Below are positions 40,058-52,935 of a stretch of DNA of 64,000 nucleotides, in pieces. Both the position numbers and the translations under genes were made by a program. Numbering within the stretch: position 1 is the stretch's first letter; every line of letters starts with the position of its first letter. The DNA is from Azolla caroliniana (taxonomy: Eukaryota > Plantae > Polypodiophyta): assembly GCA_043228905.1 (NCBI GenBank), contig JBHGNT010000017.1, positions 2,170,001 through 2,234,000 on the forward strand, written 5' to 3'. The notes beneath the pieces were generated by a model. It ran no database searches. It was not told the origin of the DNA and saw nothing but the letters and a program-made list of their open reading frames with translations.

Positions 40058-43000
40058 ATGGAAGGCCTAACATTATCATCATCACCATCCTCTTCTCCTT
40101 CTTCTCCTCTGCTCCTTCTCAGAACAGCAGGAAATCATGCCCATTTGTGCTGCAGGAAGCAGCCATCCCTCATCCGATACAGTAGCAGCAGAAGCAGCGG
40201 CAGGAGTAGTATCAGCATCCGACACTCCAGGCTCATGAGAGCTCTCTCAGATCCTAAGACAGAAGAATCCAGCCTCCCTGAAGAAGACCAGGCTGCTAAC
40301 GTTAACTTCTCTGAAATAGAAAATGGCGTTTCATCCTCATTGATTGACAAGAATATCTCTCAGGTATAGGGACACTCTCACCTCTTTGCCTCCAGTTTTT
40401 TTTCCCCCCCCTTCTTCTCCCCAATTGGTTCGAGTTAGACGTCTAGAAAAGAAGAAAATATGCTTCCTTCCTTCCTCAGGCTGTGAAGAAGACTGCAGCT
40501 ACCTTTGCACCTCGCTCATCCACCAAATCAAAGAACCCGGCAGTGCCAGGCTCTACTTTGTATACTGTGTTTGAAGTGCAAGCATACATGTCCATGGCCG
40601 CTGGCGGATTTCTGTCTTTCAACCTCGTGTTTCCTTCTTCTGAACCAGACCTATGGAGGCTCATGGGAATGTGGTCGATATGGATGTTCAGTAAGTTGTG
40701 CTCTTTGCTCTGCCATTTTGTTTTCCATGCAACATAGAAATAGAATTATTATCACCAAGATATTTTTAAGTTCATAGGCTTACATAAAGCTATTCATGAT
40801 CTCTCATCATATAATTTGTTGACACAGGTCTGGAAATAGTGACGTCTAAGCACTTAGCTGACCCCTCTGTTTGAGGGAAGATTTGTTTTTTTTAATCTTT
40901 TTGAAGAATGGCTTTATCAGTCTGATACACCCCATCAATTTATATGCAACTAATGTGAAATTAAAATTCACGGAATGATTGTAATCTACCAATTGTTTGA
41001 ATAGATTCGGTTGGGAGGATATCCCTCATTCCACAAATTTCCCATAATCTTTTTATATACAGAAGAAATATGTATGTTTATAAATTGAAGGACCTTAATA
41101 GCTAATAATGGCTTGATCAATAGACGTCGTTCCCATCCCCACTTGGAGGATCGAGTAACAGAGGGTGTGGACGTACCCAAGTGGATCAAGGCAATGGATT
41201 GTGGATCCATTGAGTGGGTTCAATCCCCTTTTTTCACCCATTCAATCATTTAGATAGTCACATTGAAAGTATGGATATTTTGTCATGAACCACTCTGCTA
41301 CGAATGAGATTCAATGTTCAAGACGCCATCAAATTTCAGATTTCTAGAAAATTAGAATAGCAGGGTTAAAGGTTCAGGGTTGTTTGATATTTGAAAGGAA
41401 TAGGTTGCATGAATCTTGGCAGTAGGTTAGCAACTTGTGCGGGTTTTGAGCTTTTAGTTTTACTGTGTCGTTTTTACTAGGATTGTAGGGCCTCCATATA
41501 TGCCTAGTTTAAGTTGTGGGTGTTGACAAGTTGGGTTGCATAAGTTTGGGCTGCATGTTAGCAAACTCTTTTGCAGGTTGTGAACCACCAGTTTTGTGTT
41601 GTCGTTTTCACTAATATGGTTGTTGATAGAGCCTTCATATATGATTAGTTTAAGTTGTAAGAATTGATAATTTGTAAATAAGTTCCAAGATTTAAGTTTT
41701 TTATACAGTAATTTTTGCGAGAATAGTTGCTTATAGAGTCCCTATACATAACTGGTCTAATATTTAGTTCAAAAAGATGATACATCATGGTTAGTTTAAA
41801 AAAACATAAAGTCTTCATGCTTGAATCCCAGTGCAGTGGGCTTTGATATTTTCAGTCCCCACTATCCCCACACTCAAATATGAAAAATAAGGTAATTGAA
41901 AGGTTAGAAATTTGAAATCGAAATCATGTTGCAAATCTTGTCACACCTTTGTGACTTGCAAAACCTTGTGAGGCATGCCTTTACATCCACAATTTGTGGG
42001 TTGGTGGTGTGAAATGGATTTCTTTAGTCAGTCAACAAGGGCTAGCCCATTCATTGGGATGGTGAGCATGTATGGGATGCTTGGTTGGGAGGTAATTCCA
42101 ATACCTGCTCTCATGGCTGTGTATTGTGAGTTTGTCTTCTATCCGGTTCGTTTGTAACTTGAGATCTTGGAGAGGCTCTTAATTTATAAGTCTTAACACA
42201 CAAATATAAGTGATAATCATATCTGTTTTCCTTATGTATGATATTAAACTGGTTATTGAATGTGATTCACTCACAAAAAATGCTTCTTATTTACAGCTAT
42301 TCCATCTCTACGGGCTCGAGATTGCTCCAGTAAAGAGAAGGATGCCTTGAACTACTTGTTCTTGGGTATCCCTCTTATCAATGTGCTTTTACCGTTGTTT
42401 TGGAAATCTTTTGCAGCAGTGTGGACTGCAGATGCTTTGGCGTTCTTTGCTGTCTATGCGTGGAAGGTAATGCTGGTTCTTAATGGTTGATGTGTTACAA
42501 ATGTAGTGCTTATGGAAATGAAGAGTGTTAGCTCATGGAGAATGCAATGTTTACTGCAGTTTAATGAATAAATAATGTTAATATTCTCAATACTTTAAAA
42601 AGGCTACCATCTTAATAGTTTTGCCACATCATGCATCACATACATCACACATACATGAGATATGATCCTGATCTACAAAGGAGAATCAGATGATATTTTA
42701 ACTTCCAGGGGGTCAAACACGACCCATGGGACGATTCAACCATTACAAAGAACTTGTCTCAGCTATTAGGTGGGGAGTTTTGAAGTGGTAGACCATAAAA
42801 AGAAGAAGAAGAGAAAGTAACCTTGTTTTCTAATTTCACTGTTTATATCTTCCATGAATTTTGTTTTATGGTGAAGTAGACAAGCCAAAACATGCCTACT
42901 GTTGTTGGCAATTGTTTTGTCTTCCTTAGGAGTTATAAGAAGCTTGTACATCCTTGTGGGAATTCTCTGGAACCATACCTGACGTCCTCATATGGGTCTC

Positions 43001-45781
43001 GTGACAAGAAACAGAAAACATTCCAGAGTCTCATGTTTTCTGTTTCTTGTACTTTGAGGAACATAGGTCACATATTATTATTTTTTGCTCATATACAGAC
43101 AACTCTCAGTTTCTATTTTCAATGTCTGAGAACATGTGTACATCAACATGATCACTCTGAGAACATGTGTGCATCAACATGATCACATGCCCCTCTCTCT
43201 TGGGCATGGGTGTCAGAATGTGGTCTTTGGCCTTGGCCAGTCATTCTCAGTAATTTTCCCAACATTTATATTTAATATGGCTGCAATAGTACTCAACTTT
43301 TATCTAACTGGGTCTGTTCTCCATTTCCAGTCACTTCCAGTGTGGTGTAAATTATGGACTCATGTTTCACATCCCTTTCTTTTCCTCTACACACACACCC
43401 AGACATTCTTCAGTATGCTATCCTGCAAACCATTGTGCATATCTTGGGCCCAGCTGGATGAAAGAATTTTGCTTATGTGGTTTTTCTATGGTAAACATTG
43501 ATTTCCTGTTTAGCCTTGGGGATGCAATTTCTATATGTATATGCAAAATCTTTTGAGGCCATAAATCTCTACTGGCTTTCTTCCTGTTTCTGGAGTTGTC
43601 CTCCTAACTCCTGTATCGCGGCATCAAAATTCTTCTGTATTTTCTTCATGCGGAAATGCTGCCTCCTCAAATCTCAGTTCTGTAAGGCAGAGTTTCCTCT
43701 ATGCATGCATCAAATAGTCTCCCATCTTCTGTTTGTGCGCAACTGGCACACGCTCTCAAATTCATTATATCGGGCTGTGCCAGCCTCCATTCTCCTAGTT
43801 AATCAGTTGCTCCAGCGGTATTTGAAACTGTGAACCACTTCAGTAACCTGTTTGTCCATCTATCTTGTTGTGTTTTTCAGCCCATTCACTGTCTTTATGT
43901 TCAACAGTATTGCCTAGAAGTTTAACTATACAATATCCCATCATAATTGTGTGATTGTTGGTGCTCTGATTCTTATTCCCTCCATTGTATAGTTTCTTGA
44001 TCTTTCTTGCTTATCAATCTTGAGGAAAACCTTCTGCTATTGCCTTATTTAGTGATGCATGTATCCACTCTTTAAGCATTGGCCCGAGTCTATTCGAGCA
44101 TTTCCGAGCATAGGTGAAGTGTGTCTGTAGATTTTTCATTATAGAAGTTAAGATGGAGAGAGAGAGAGGGAGAATTTGTTGCCTGGTAAGATGGTTTATA
44201 TGGCTGAGAAATGATGGGCACATGGAACCAGCCAGCATAAACCAATGCATCACAATCATTGTGATCATTCTGGAGGTGCACTCGAGCAGGCAAATGCAAT
44301 ATCAATGAGACTACTCAAGTCATAAACAACTATATTTTTTTGGTGCAGATACTAATTGAAAAGGTTCTAAAGCGTGGAACAACTAGTATTTTCTGTGAGA
44401 TGCATGGAAAACACAATATTAACAAGCTTTGCAATTTTATTGTTAACCTGAAGAGGAAAGTGATTTTTGATACAAAGCTTGGTACCTTGTAGTAATTTGT
44501 CTGTTGAAGAGTGCCTATCTTAGACTTCTTCATATAATACTTCATTAATGACAGGTGTCCCTTGCTTGTCAATGTAATATGGGTCTCAAAGAGGAGATAG
44601 AACTTTACAGAGATGCTGCCTCGTGTTATTGATCCTTGTAATTTATGTTTTGGTTATAATTTCTTGCTAAGCCCATCTTTAGGAAGTCTGCCTATGACCT
44701 CTGGGTAAGTTTCTATACCATTCCTTCCTGAATATTACATTGCAAACATCGAACCTGAATGTTGGATTCAATCTAAGGCAAGAAGGCCCATTGATGTTAT
44801 TCAACCTTATCTCATTACTAACATGAGTATTTTAGAGCCCTGACACTCTGCATTATGGCATCAAAGTCCCCTAAATGTAAAGGCGTGTAAGGTATGCAAG
44901 CAAGGGCTAGTAGATGATGAGGATCACTTGCTTTTTACATGCTCCACATATGGTGCAATTTGTGAAAGCTGTGATGACATATTAAGTGGGGGTGATGACT
45001 TGAGTGTCACACTAAGAGAACACCTAGAAGATTGAGCTCATATTTATAATGCGTTATTCACACATCAAGACTCTGTGGTTCGAAGTATGGATATCCCTTC
45101 TTAGGAAGGAGACATGCATCATAGAACTTGTGTTCTTAGGTCTCGTTGTCAATATTGGCCTCTCTATGGATGCTAGAAAATATCTAATCTAATCTAATCC
45201 CCGGTTTCAAATTGGTTCCATAGACTGGCAGTTGCACTGCATGAGCTAGTCAGGTTTATCTTCAAGTAAGGCCAGTCTACTTTTGAATTCAGTGAGCGCA
45301 TCCCCAATCTCCTCTTGCAACTTGCTGATCTTTGCTTGTTTGGTTAGTGTGGTGGGAGAACTTAACAGTGTAACTTCCTAGAGCGTTTTACTAGACCTTT
45401 CTTAATACTAAGTAAATACGGTATCATATTTAGGAATTATAATCAAGGCTGAGAACATTTTTCATGTATTTGCCATTTACCTTTTCCTGAAAAAAGCAGA
45501 GAGAACATTTGGTAACAACAAAGATTTTTTTTGAAAAACCTGCTTTAAACACATTCGGTTCAAACTTGTAAATTGTTTTGGTACTATTCCGCCTGGTATT
45601 TCAACTTCATGCCAATTGGCTATCCAAGTAAAAGGTGAATGGGAACCCACTGTCTATGATTGGGCAAGCAATATGATTATGTGGCTTCTGGTAGACAATT
45701 TATATGTTGGAATTGAGTTTTTATTGTTGTCATTTGCAGCTCAATTGGTTGTCCGATGGGAAGGCCGAAAATGAACTCTAG
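40058..45781 (+). CDS. RPH1: RESISTANCE TO PHYTOPHTHORA 1, chloroplast membrane protein, 4 exons
   Basis: Exons at 40058-40363, 40480-40690, 42297-42466 and 45740-45781. Translation includes KKTAATFAPRSST.SKNPAVPGSTLY.VFEVQ..SEPDLWRLMGMWSIWMFTIPSLRARDCSSKEKDALNYLF..WKSFA..YAWKLNWL. The N-terminus is a Ser-rich transit peptide. Confidence 0.94.
41167..41238 (+). pseudogene. trnH: Decayed plastid-type tRNA-His(GUG) in RPH1 intron 2
   Basis: GTGGACGTACCCAAGTGGATCAAGGCAATGGATTGTGGATCCA..GTGGGTTCAATCCCC..TTCACC matches the recalled plastid trnH-GUG, with substitutions that break the stems. Confidence 0.8.
43200..44270 (-). mobile_element. Degenerate LINE fragments in RPH1 intron 3
   Basis: EWIHASLNKAIAEGFPQD* resembles the FN...EGFP.DW motif upstream of RT in RTE-type LINEs. 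Adjacent pieces are coiled and stop-interrupted. Confidence 0.4.
44760..45198 (+). mobile_element. 3' end of an RTE-like LINE in RPH1 intron 3
   Basis: CKVCKQGLVDDEDHLLFTCSTY (a CCHC-type C-terminal finger) followed by an (ATCTA)n tail at ~45182-45198. Confidence 0.7.
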
Positions 45782-46711
45782 GCACTGTTGTGATGAACCT
45801 TTTATGAAAAGATTATAACATGCTTTTAATGTTTCTTCACAACAAATTCCTCAAGCTATATCAGGATAACATCCAATCTGATGGATGTATGTAAAGTGTT
45901 CTATAAAATGAAGGCGGAGTTTGGAGAAGAGAAGAAGGGGATTGAACAATTTAAGGGCCTAATTGAACACTTAAGAGGGAAAATGGAGATAGCCAAATGC
46001 ACTGTTCCATGAATATTCATCGATGCCAAGTTGTTTGCTTATGGAATTCAAGGTCATATTTGTATAGGATCATGCCTCTAATGAAATGCAAAACCTTCAA
46101 CCAAAGGAGATGAACATTCTATGTCATTTTGGTATATCACTGCTTGAGTACTACCACCATTGTAAAGATTAGCTTTTAAATCAAACTAAATGAAAGCATA
46201 GGAAAATATAGCCTTGTCTCTCTCACAGTGTAACCAATTTCTTATATTATGCATTCCCTCCCTCGTTTTCAAGGACTTGCCTTGTCTTATTCAAAATAGG
46301 TTTTAGCATCTTAAAGGGGGGTGTAAACGAAAACATGAAGATTCTAGGTTAGTGTATGTTTTCAGAAATGAAAAAATGAAATATAAATACATCAAAAAGC
46401 CTGCTGACACATATAGTTAGTGCTTCAGATAATTCTACTAGAGGAAAAATGCCATAAAAACAATCTCTCTATTGTGATTTATGATATCATGTTGTGATAA
46501 TGTTAACAATAGGTAAAATAAGTTTCCTTTGTCAACACTAGGATTTGCTTGTGAAGCAGTTTGCCACCTCAAATTTTTATAGGTAGTTATCCTTTGTTCT
46601 CAAATAGATCAATGTAAATAGTAAATAGTTATATTTTATGAAGCACTACAGTGCTTTAGTAGTTCCCATGTATGAGTATGTAATTGGGATTTTCCAAGTA
46701 GTGCATATATA

Positions 46712-46785
46712 CAAGTCTCTAAAGAACATGTTCCATTCCTACAACTTACATTGACAAGCAATAGAACATGTTCTTTAGAGACTTG
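46712..46785. other. Isolated hairpin with 22-bp perfect arms
   Basis: caagtctctaaagaacatgttc (46712-46733) is the reverse complement of gaacatgttctttagagacttg (46764-46785). Confidence 0.9.
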
Positions 46786-48303
46786 ATTCCATTTGAGATG
46801 TTTCTATGCCTCACAAGAGGGTTATCTTTATATATACTTGCTATCTATATGTGAGGCGTAAGCAATATGAAGAATGTAGCAAATATTTTACAATGGTTAG
46901 CTAGAATAGCTATATATGTATGTAATTGAACCTCAACTAGAGTGTTTTAAACATTTTCATCATAATTGGGTCCAAGGATGACACTATCTACACAACAAAA
47001 ATATAACCATGAAACATATTCGTAAGAGTTAGGTTGGGTCCAAGATGATCAAACACAATTGACAAAAAGTGGTAGAAGCTATGTAAAGATACAAAATTTA
47101 ATTATCATCCTTGGAGGTAAAATACGACATATGGAATTGAATTGAAACATTTTCACGTAGTATGTGTGGAGTGTTGAGTGCAATTCTTGAAGCTAAATTG
47201 TGACACTTAGACTCACAAACTTGTTTGAGACAAAACTATGCATGAAGGACGAGTCACCTTGCATGTGTTACAATGTCATGTTTCCACATCAAAGATAATT
47301 GTGAGGTAAGTTGTTTGAAAGCAATTATGTGGATGATGGATATATGAAGGGCTCTAAACTATATCTATGAGTGTGGTTTGGTGCATCATATGTAATGTAA
47401 TGCGCGGAATGAGAGCTTCCACATCTTTCTTAAGCACTGATATATTGGCATTGCAAAAATGCCTCAGTCATGGTCATGGAGGGAAATATTAATGTATCAT
47501 GGTCTTGAATCCATTCAACACTAAATAAAACTTATGCAAGTCGTTTGAATTTTTTTTTTTACATGTTTCCCACATTTTTATACCAAAGGGATAACTGAAC
47601 AACCCTTTTCTGCCCATGATTCGGTCATGAAAACTAAGATCATTACCGAGGTTTCTATATTCAAGAATTAAAGAAACTTCGAGTGGATGCATGAATGCAA
47701 CACAAAACCCCCCTTCACCAAGCACCAAACCCCTAAAAGAGAAATGCACATGTCACCAGAGATGTCAAGAGAGGCAAGTAGGTATCTCTCGAAAACACGA
47801 TGTTTGGCATCTCTCCCGCTCTCTCTCTATTGTCCATTGTGCACATTCTCTTTGATGCAAAGGAAGGCAATCCCATCGAAGGAAGCATGGAGGTCAACAC
47901 ATTCATTCCATCTATGATGAGTGGAGAGAAGATTGGAGATTGAGAGATAGAAGATAGAGTTAGAGGTGGTGGAGGCGTTGGGGAACACCCTAAGTGCTGA
48001 AGAGCATTCGTGATGGAAATGGATGGCGAGAAGAGTGAGTGAATGAATGAGTGAAGTGCTGAGTAGTGTATGTAGGAGAGGAGTGAGAAGAAGTGAGTTT
48101 AAGAGTATATATAGAGAGAATGGTGATGAATTTTGAAGGGAGGATTCTACCCTTAGGATAGATAGATAATATTGTAAGGTTAATAACTATTTATTTATTT
48201 ATTTTTATTTCCTTATTTATTTATATAAATACTTCTCTGCTTCAGATTTCTGCTCTTCTTCTTCCTTCCCCCCCCCCCCCCCCCCCCCCTCTCTTCTGCG
48301 GCC

Positions 48304-48336
48304 ATGGCCTCCTCCTCCCGCAGAGACCAGAGCTAG
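48304..48336 (+). promoter_or_regulatory. Upstream ORF (MASSSRRDQS*) in the putative eIF(iso)4G leader
   Basis: gccATGG context, downstream of TATATAAATA at ~48222-48231 and a C22 run; ends 101 nt before the main ATG. Confidence 0.55.
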
Positions 48337-48437
48337 ACAGGCACCCTTTCCTCCCGCCTACGTTCTTTCACCTGCTCTAACTTCCCCTCCCTGTACTACC
48401 TGTGCCTCTCCTCCGTCTCCTCTGCTCCGATCCATCG

Positions 48438-51400
48438 ATGCAGAATACAGATCAATCTGTTAGCTTGAGGCCTGGTGGCGGTAAGGGGCGTCTCTTCGCA
48501 CCTCGCACTGGTTCCTCCACTGCTTCCACCTTCATCTCTGGCGATGGACTCAACGACCATTTATTCCCCCCTCGTCTTGGCCAGGATTCCACGGTATGTT
48601 TCCTTGCTCTAGTCCCCCCCTCCCCCTTCTTTTTCTATACGAAGTCTTCTTCTTCGTGTTTCGGACTAGGGCTTAAGAAAAAGCATTTATTTTGCCCCTG
48701 AGTTTCGGGTTTCATGTAACAGTACATGATTATCCTTGTTTCCATGGATCTTGATCTGTCCTGTAGAGATCCCAAGGTTTGAAACTCACAGATTTCTGTA
48801 AGAAGAACATTGTTTTTTGCATTTTCAGCAAAGAACGTTTTTTTGCATTTTCGAAACCATGTTTTGTTGATTCATTAAACCATATTGGTGCTTGAACTTT
48901 GTATTCAGGACATCTTGTGTGTTGTGCAGTTTCTGCAACCGAGTTGTAGATTTGTGAAACTATGTTCCTGATTCATCATAAGATATTTATTTTATCAGTT
49001 TCCTGAAGACGTGATATTTTGATTGAGCGAAACTATACTTCTTCGCAATTTTGTAAACAAGTTTTTGATATTGGAAATTCATTGCCCTTGATTCTGCAGA
49101 TTCATGTTAGGTTTGCGCTTTTAACCAAGTTGTAGGCTTGAGAATCTATCTTGTTTTTGATTCAGTAGATTCATATTTGTTATGCACGGCCTGTAACCAA
49201 CCTGTAAAATTGTGAAACCATGCCTTTATTCAATATAGCATTTTTTGACTTCACGTTCTAGCTAAGAATTACAGACTATTTTGTGTATTCTTTTATCTAT
49301 ATGATGTATCTAGAAGGTGTTTGAAAATACTAAATTAATGATAATGTGACGAGTGTATGTGGGCATTGTAAGGGTATTTGTGTGCGTTATAATTGGCATT
49401 CTGTTATGGAGGTGTGTATGTGCCGTGCCAGTTTCTCTTTTCCCTTGTTAATTTCTGCAAAGAAAACCAGAATTTCCTTCATTTTTAAAGTTTTCTGGAA
49501 ACTTAATTTTTGCAAACAAGTTTTAGATGTGGAAATCTTCATTGCCTGCCCTTAATTTTGCAGGTTTTTGTAGATTTGTGAAACTTTCTTGCCGATTCAG
49601 CATATTTATACTTGTTATGCACTTCCAGCAACCAAGCTGTAGATTTGTGAAACCTTGTCAAACATTTTCTTATTTCATTTTCTGTTCATGAATTACTGAC
49701 TAAGTATTCCTTGTATCTATATGATGTATTCTGGAAGCTGTTTGAAAAACGGAATCAGTGATAAGTGTGATCAATGCAGTCAGGCATCATAGATGTATTT
49801 GGTTGCGCTATAGATGTATAAGCATTCTGTTATAGAGTTATGTGTGTGCCCTTTACTCTTTTTTCTCGTTAATTACTGTAAAGAAAACCCAAAAACAATT
49901 CCTTTTTTATTATTTATGACAGAGAGCTCGTAAGCGTCCTTCTGAACGTATCAAATATAGCAGAGAAGAGATTATCAAGTACAAGGAGGTGAGATCTGTA
50001 AAATATAAAAATGTACTTTCCCCCTTAAAACCATGTCTTTAGGATATAGTTTTATCTTTTTGACAAAACTTTCCTTTTGCTTATGTAAACAAATGCTTTC
50101 AGCTAATTAATTGCATACTTTGTCAGGTCGTTGGAGACATTCCGCAGGACATAAAGGAGGCCGTGGCAGTAATAGTCTCTGAATTGGCGGTTCCAGAAGA
50201 ACAAGAATGGGGGTCTCGTACTCCGGCTAATGTAACTAATTTATAATCAGTGGTTTTCTCATCCATCAATTCGTGGCTAATGATCTTCTAATCATGGCTG
50301 TTTAGATCTTAAAGTTTGATTTAACATCTATTCTCCCATGTCAAGAGATCAAAGAACGATATTTCTTTTGGTATTTTTTTGTTAGATACCAACTCCTCCA
50401 TCTGCTACACGGTACACTGAATCTGATAACCGGGACTGGAAAAGCAGGGCACCACCTCCACCATCTGGAGTTGAGGATAAGGTTAAGGAACAACCACAAA
50501 AGGAGATTGGAAAGAGATCTGACAGTGACTGGCGGGACAAAGAGCAAGAACAACCAATCTCATACAAACAACCTGAACCTCAGTATCAAAATAAACCTGA
50601 AGTCACACCTTCTCAAGGGGTAAATCGTGGATTTATCTCCGTCACAATAATCTGTAGAATTAAGTGTTGAACTGTGATCACAATTGATTTTTTAAACGTA
50701 ATAGGGTGTGGCCCCTGCAATTTTACGTGCTGCCAACCCCTGGACTGCAAGGAAGGGAGAAATATCTAACAAGGACAAAGTTTTGAGGGCTGTGAAAGGG
50801 TGTGTTAGGCCGTTAATAGCTCTTACATGATCGTGCAGTCAATGAAGCAATATTTCTGGCTATTAATCCTGTTTATTTCTCCTTAAATACAGAATATTGA
50901 ATAAACTGACACCAGAAAAGTTCAGTGTTCTTTTGGATCAACTCCTCAATTCTGGCATTGATTCTGCTGATATTTTGAAGGTATAAGAAATATTTTATAT
51001 TACTTACTGCATGGGAAATTGAAATGTTTGTACATGCAAATACTAAAGTTCTCCTATTAAATGAGGTGTGATAGGGTGTAATATCCCTTGTCTTCGACAA
51101 AGCTGTCTTGGAGCCTACTTTTTGTCCAATGTATGCTGAGCTTTGTCTTCACCTAAGCAAAGCTTTACCAGAGTTCCCATCTGATGAGGGTGATGGAAAA
51201 CCTGCCACATTCCGTAGGATTCTTCTCAATAGCTGCCAAGAAGAATTTGAAGGAGCCGATAACATGCGGGCAGAGATCCAAAAATTAACAAAACCTGAGC
51301 AAGAACTGGAACGTTTTGACAAAGAGAGGCTTGTAAAGCTTCGTACCCTTGGCAACATAAGACTTATTGGTGAGCTTTTTAAGCAGAAGATGATCCCAGA

Positions 51401-52935
51401 GAAGATTGTTCATTACTGCATCCAAGTAAGTTCGAAATGTGTTTCCGAAATGTATTCTGTTACTGAGTAGATAACGCTATAATTTTGAACATTTTTGCAG
51501 ATGCTTCTAGGGAGTGACCCAAAAACATCTCCTCCAGCTGAAGAGAATCTGGAAGCCCTGTGCCAATTCCTCTCTACTGTTGGGAAGCAATTAGAAGAAA
51601 GTGAGAAATCCAAAAAAGCAATAGATGTTTATTTTATTCAACTTAAAGACGTATGTTCAACTCCCCGTTTGCCTCCACGCATAAAGTTTATGATTCAAAA
51701 TGTCCTTGATATGCGGGCCAACACATGGGTGCCTCGTAGAGAAGAGGTTAGTGCTAATTACATATTGGAAAAGATATTATAGTCTATAAGACTATTGTAT
51801 AACATGTACATAATTTTTGACTCAGGTAAAGGCCAAAAAGATCACGGAGATACATGCAGAAGCGGAGCAGAATTTAGGTTTGCGACCAGGAATGGCTAGC
51901 CTGAGGAATGGTAGGGGACCACCTGGTATAATGGGCATGCCATTGTTAGGTGGTAACATAAGACCAGGTAGAATGATGCCAGGAATGCCTGGAATGCCTG
52001 GCCTTCTACCGGGCAGTGGTAAGATGCCTGGTGCTTTACCCCTTGTACCTGATTTCCCCATTGGAGATTCGGAAGGGTGGGAGACATATACCGCAAGCCG
52101 AAAGAATAAGATTCCGAAAGAAGGATGGATTCCGGCCCCAAGTGTGGTGCCCAATCGTCCCCTCATGCCTGCCCTTGGGCCAAGACCAGCTGGTACAAGC
52201 TCTAAGCTTTTACCCACTGGTAGTGGTGGAACTTTCCTTGGGAGGCCAAGTGCCCTTCTTGGTGATGCTAGTGCTTCTAGACCTGTCCCAACTCTAATCC
52301 CTACAAGACAGAATGTAGGTGTGCTTGAACAATTGAATCAGGGTCGTGCTGAAAAAGAGAAGATTATTGAACAAGTGTCAAAGCCAGCTGCTCCAGCACC
52401 TGCTGGGTTATCTCCTGCAGTCCTCCAGAAAAAATCCGAGTCATTGCTTAAAGAATTCATTTCAGTTGGTGATCTTAAAGAAGCGAAACTATGTGTTGAA
52501 GAGCTGCAAAGCCCAGACTTCCATTCTCAGTTGGTGCAAATGGCCATTACAATCTTATTAGAGTCATTAGAAGGCCAACAGCGGGAGAGAGATCTGGTAA
52601 AGAAGCTCTTCGTACATTTATGGGCAGAAAAGGTTTTGTCAGATAAGGATATTAAGACTGGTATGATCCTCACAGCAGAGCAGCTGGAAGATGTTGTCCT
52701 TGACAATCCTTCGGCACCTAAGCATTTTGGGGATCTTATTGGGAAGTTGATACTTTCTGATGTCATTGAATTTGGATTCTTGGTGGATATCCTAAAGAAA
52801 ACCGAGGATACCTTTCTGAAGAGGCAAGTGTATGATTCAGCATTGAGGGCTGTCAAATCTGGACCAAATGCACAGAGTGTGCTGAGCCAGCAAGCTATTT
52901 TAGATGAATGTGAGAGGCTATTAGCCTCCACGTGA
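48438..52935 (+). CDS. eIF(iso)4G: Eukaryotic translation initiation factor eIF(iso)4G, about 9 exons
   Basis: N-terminal [13 protein letters not shown], 4E-binding region [13 protein letters not shown]4G domain ([54 protein letters not shown]), MPGMPG linker and MA3 domain ([28 protein letters not shown]). The last exon is 51826-52935. Confidence 0.96.
49020..49900. repeat. Old tandem duplication (~2 x 430-450 bp) in eIF(iso)4G intron 1
   Basis: Paired blocks such as aaacaagtttt.gat.tggaaat..cattgcc (~49055 and ~49514) and tatctatatgatgtat..gaag.tgtttgaaaa (~49293 and ~49714). Confidence 0.7.

Noticed and set aside
48304-48321. The uORF begins MASSSR, as does the Copia gag at 56598
   Set aside because: The codons differ and the peptide is low-complexity, so this is a coincidence.
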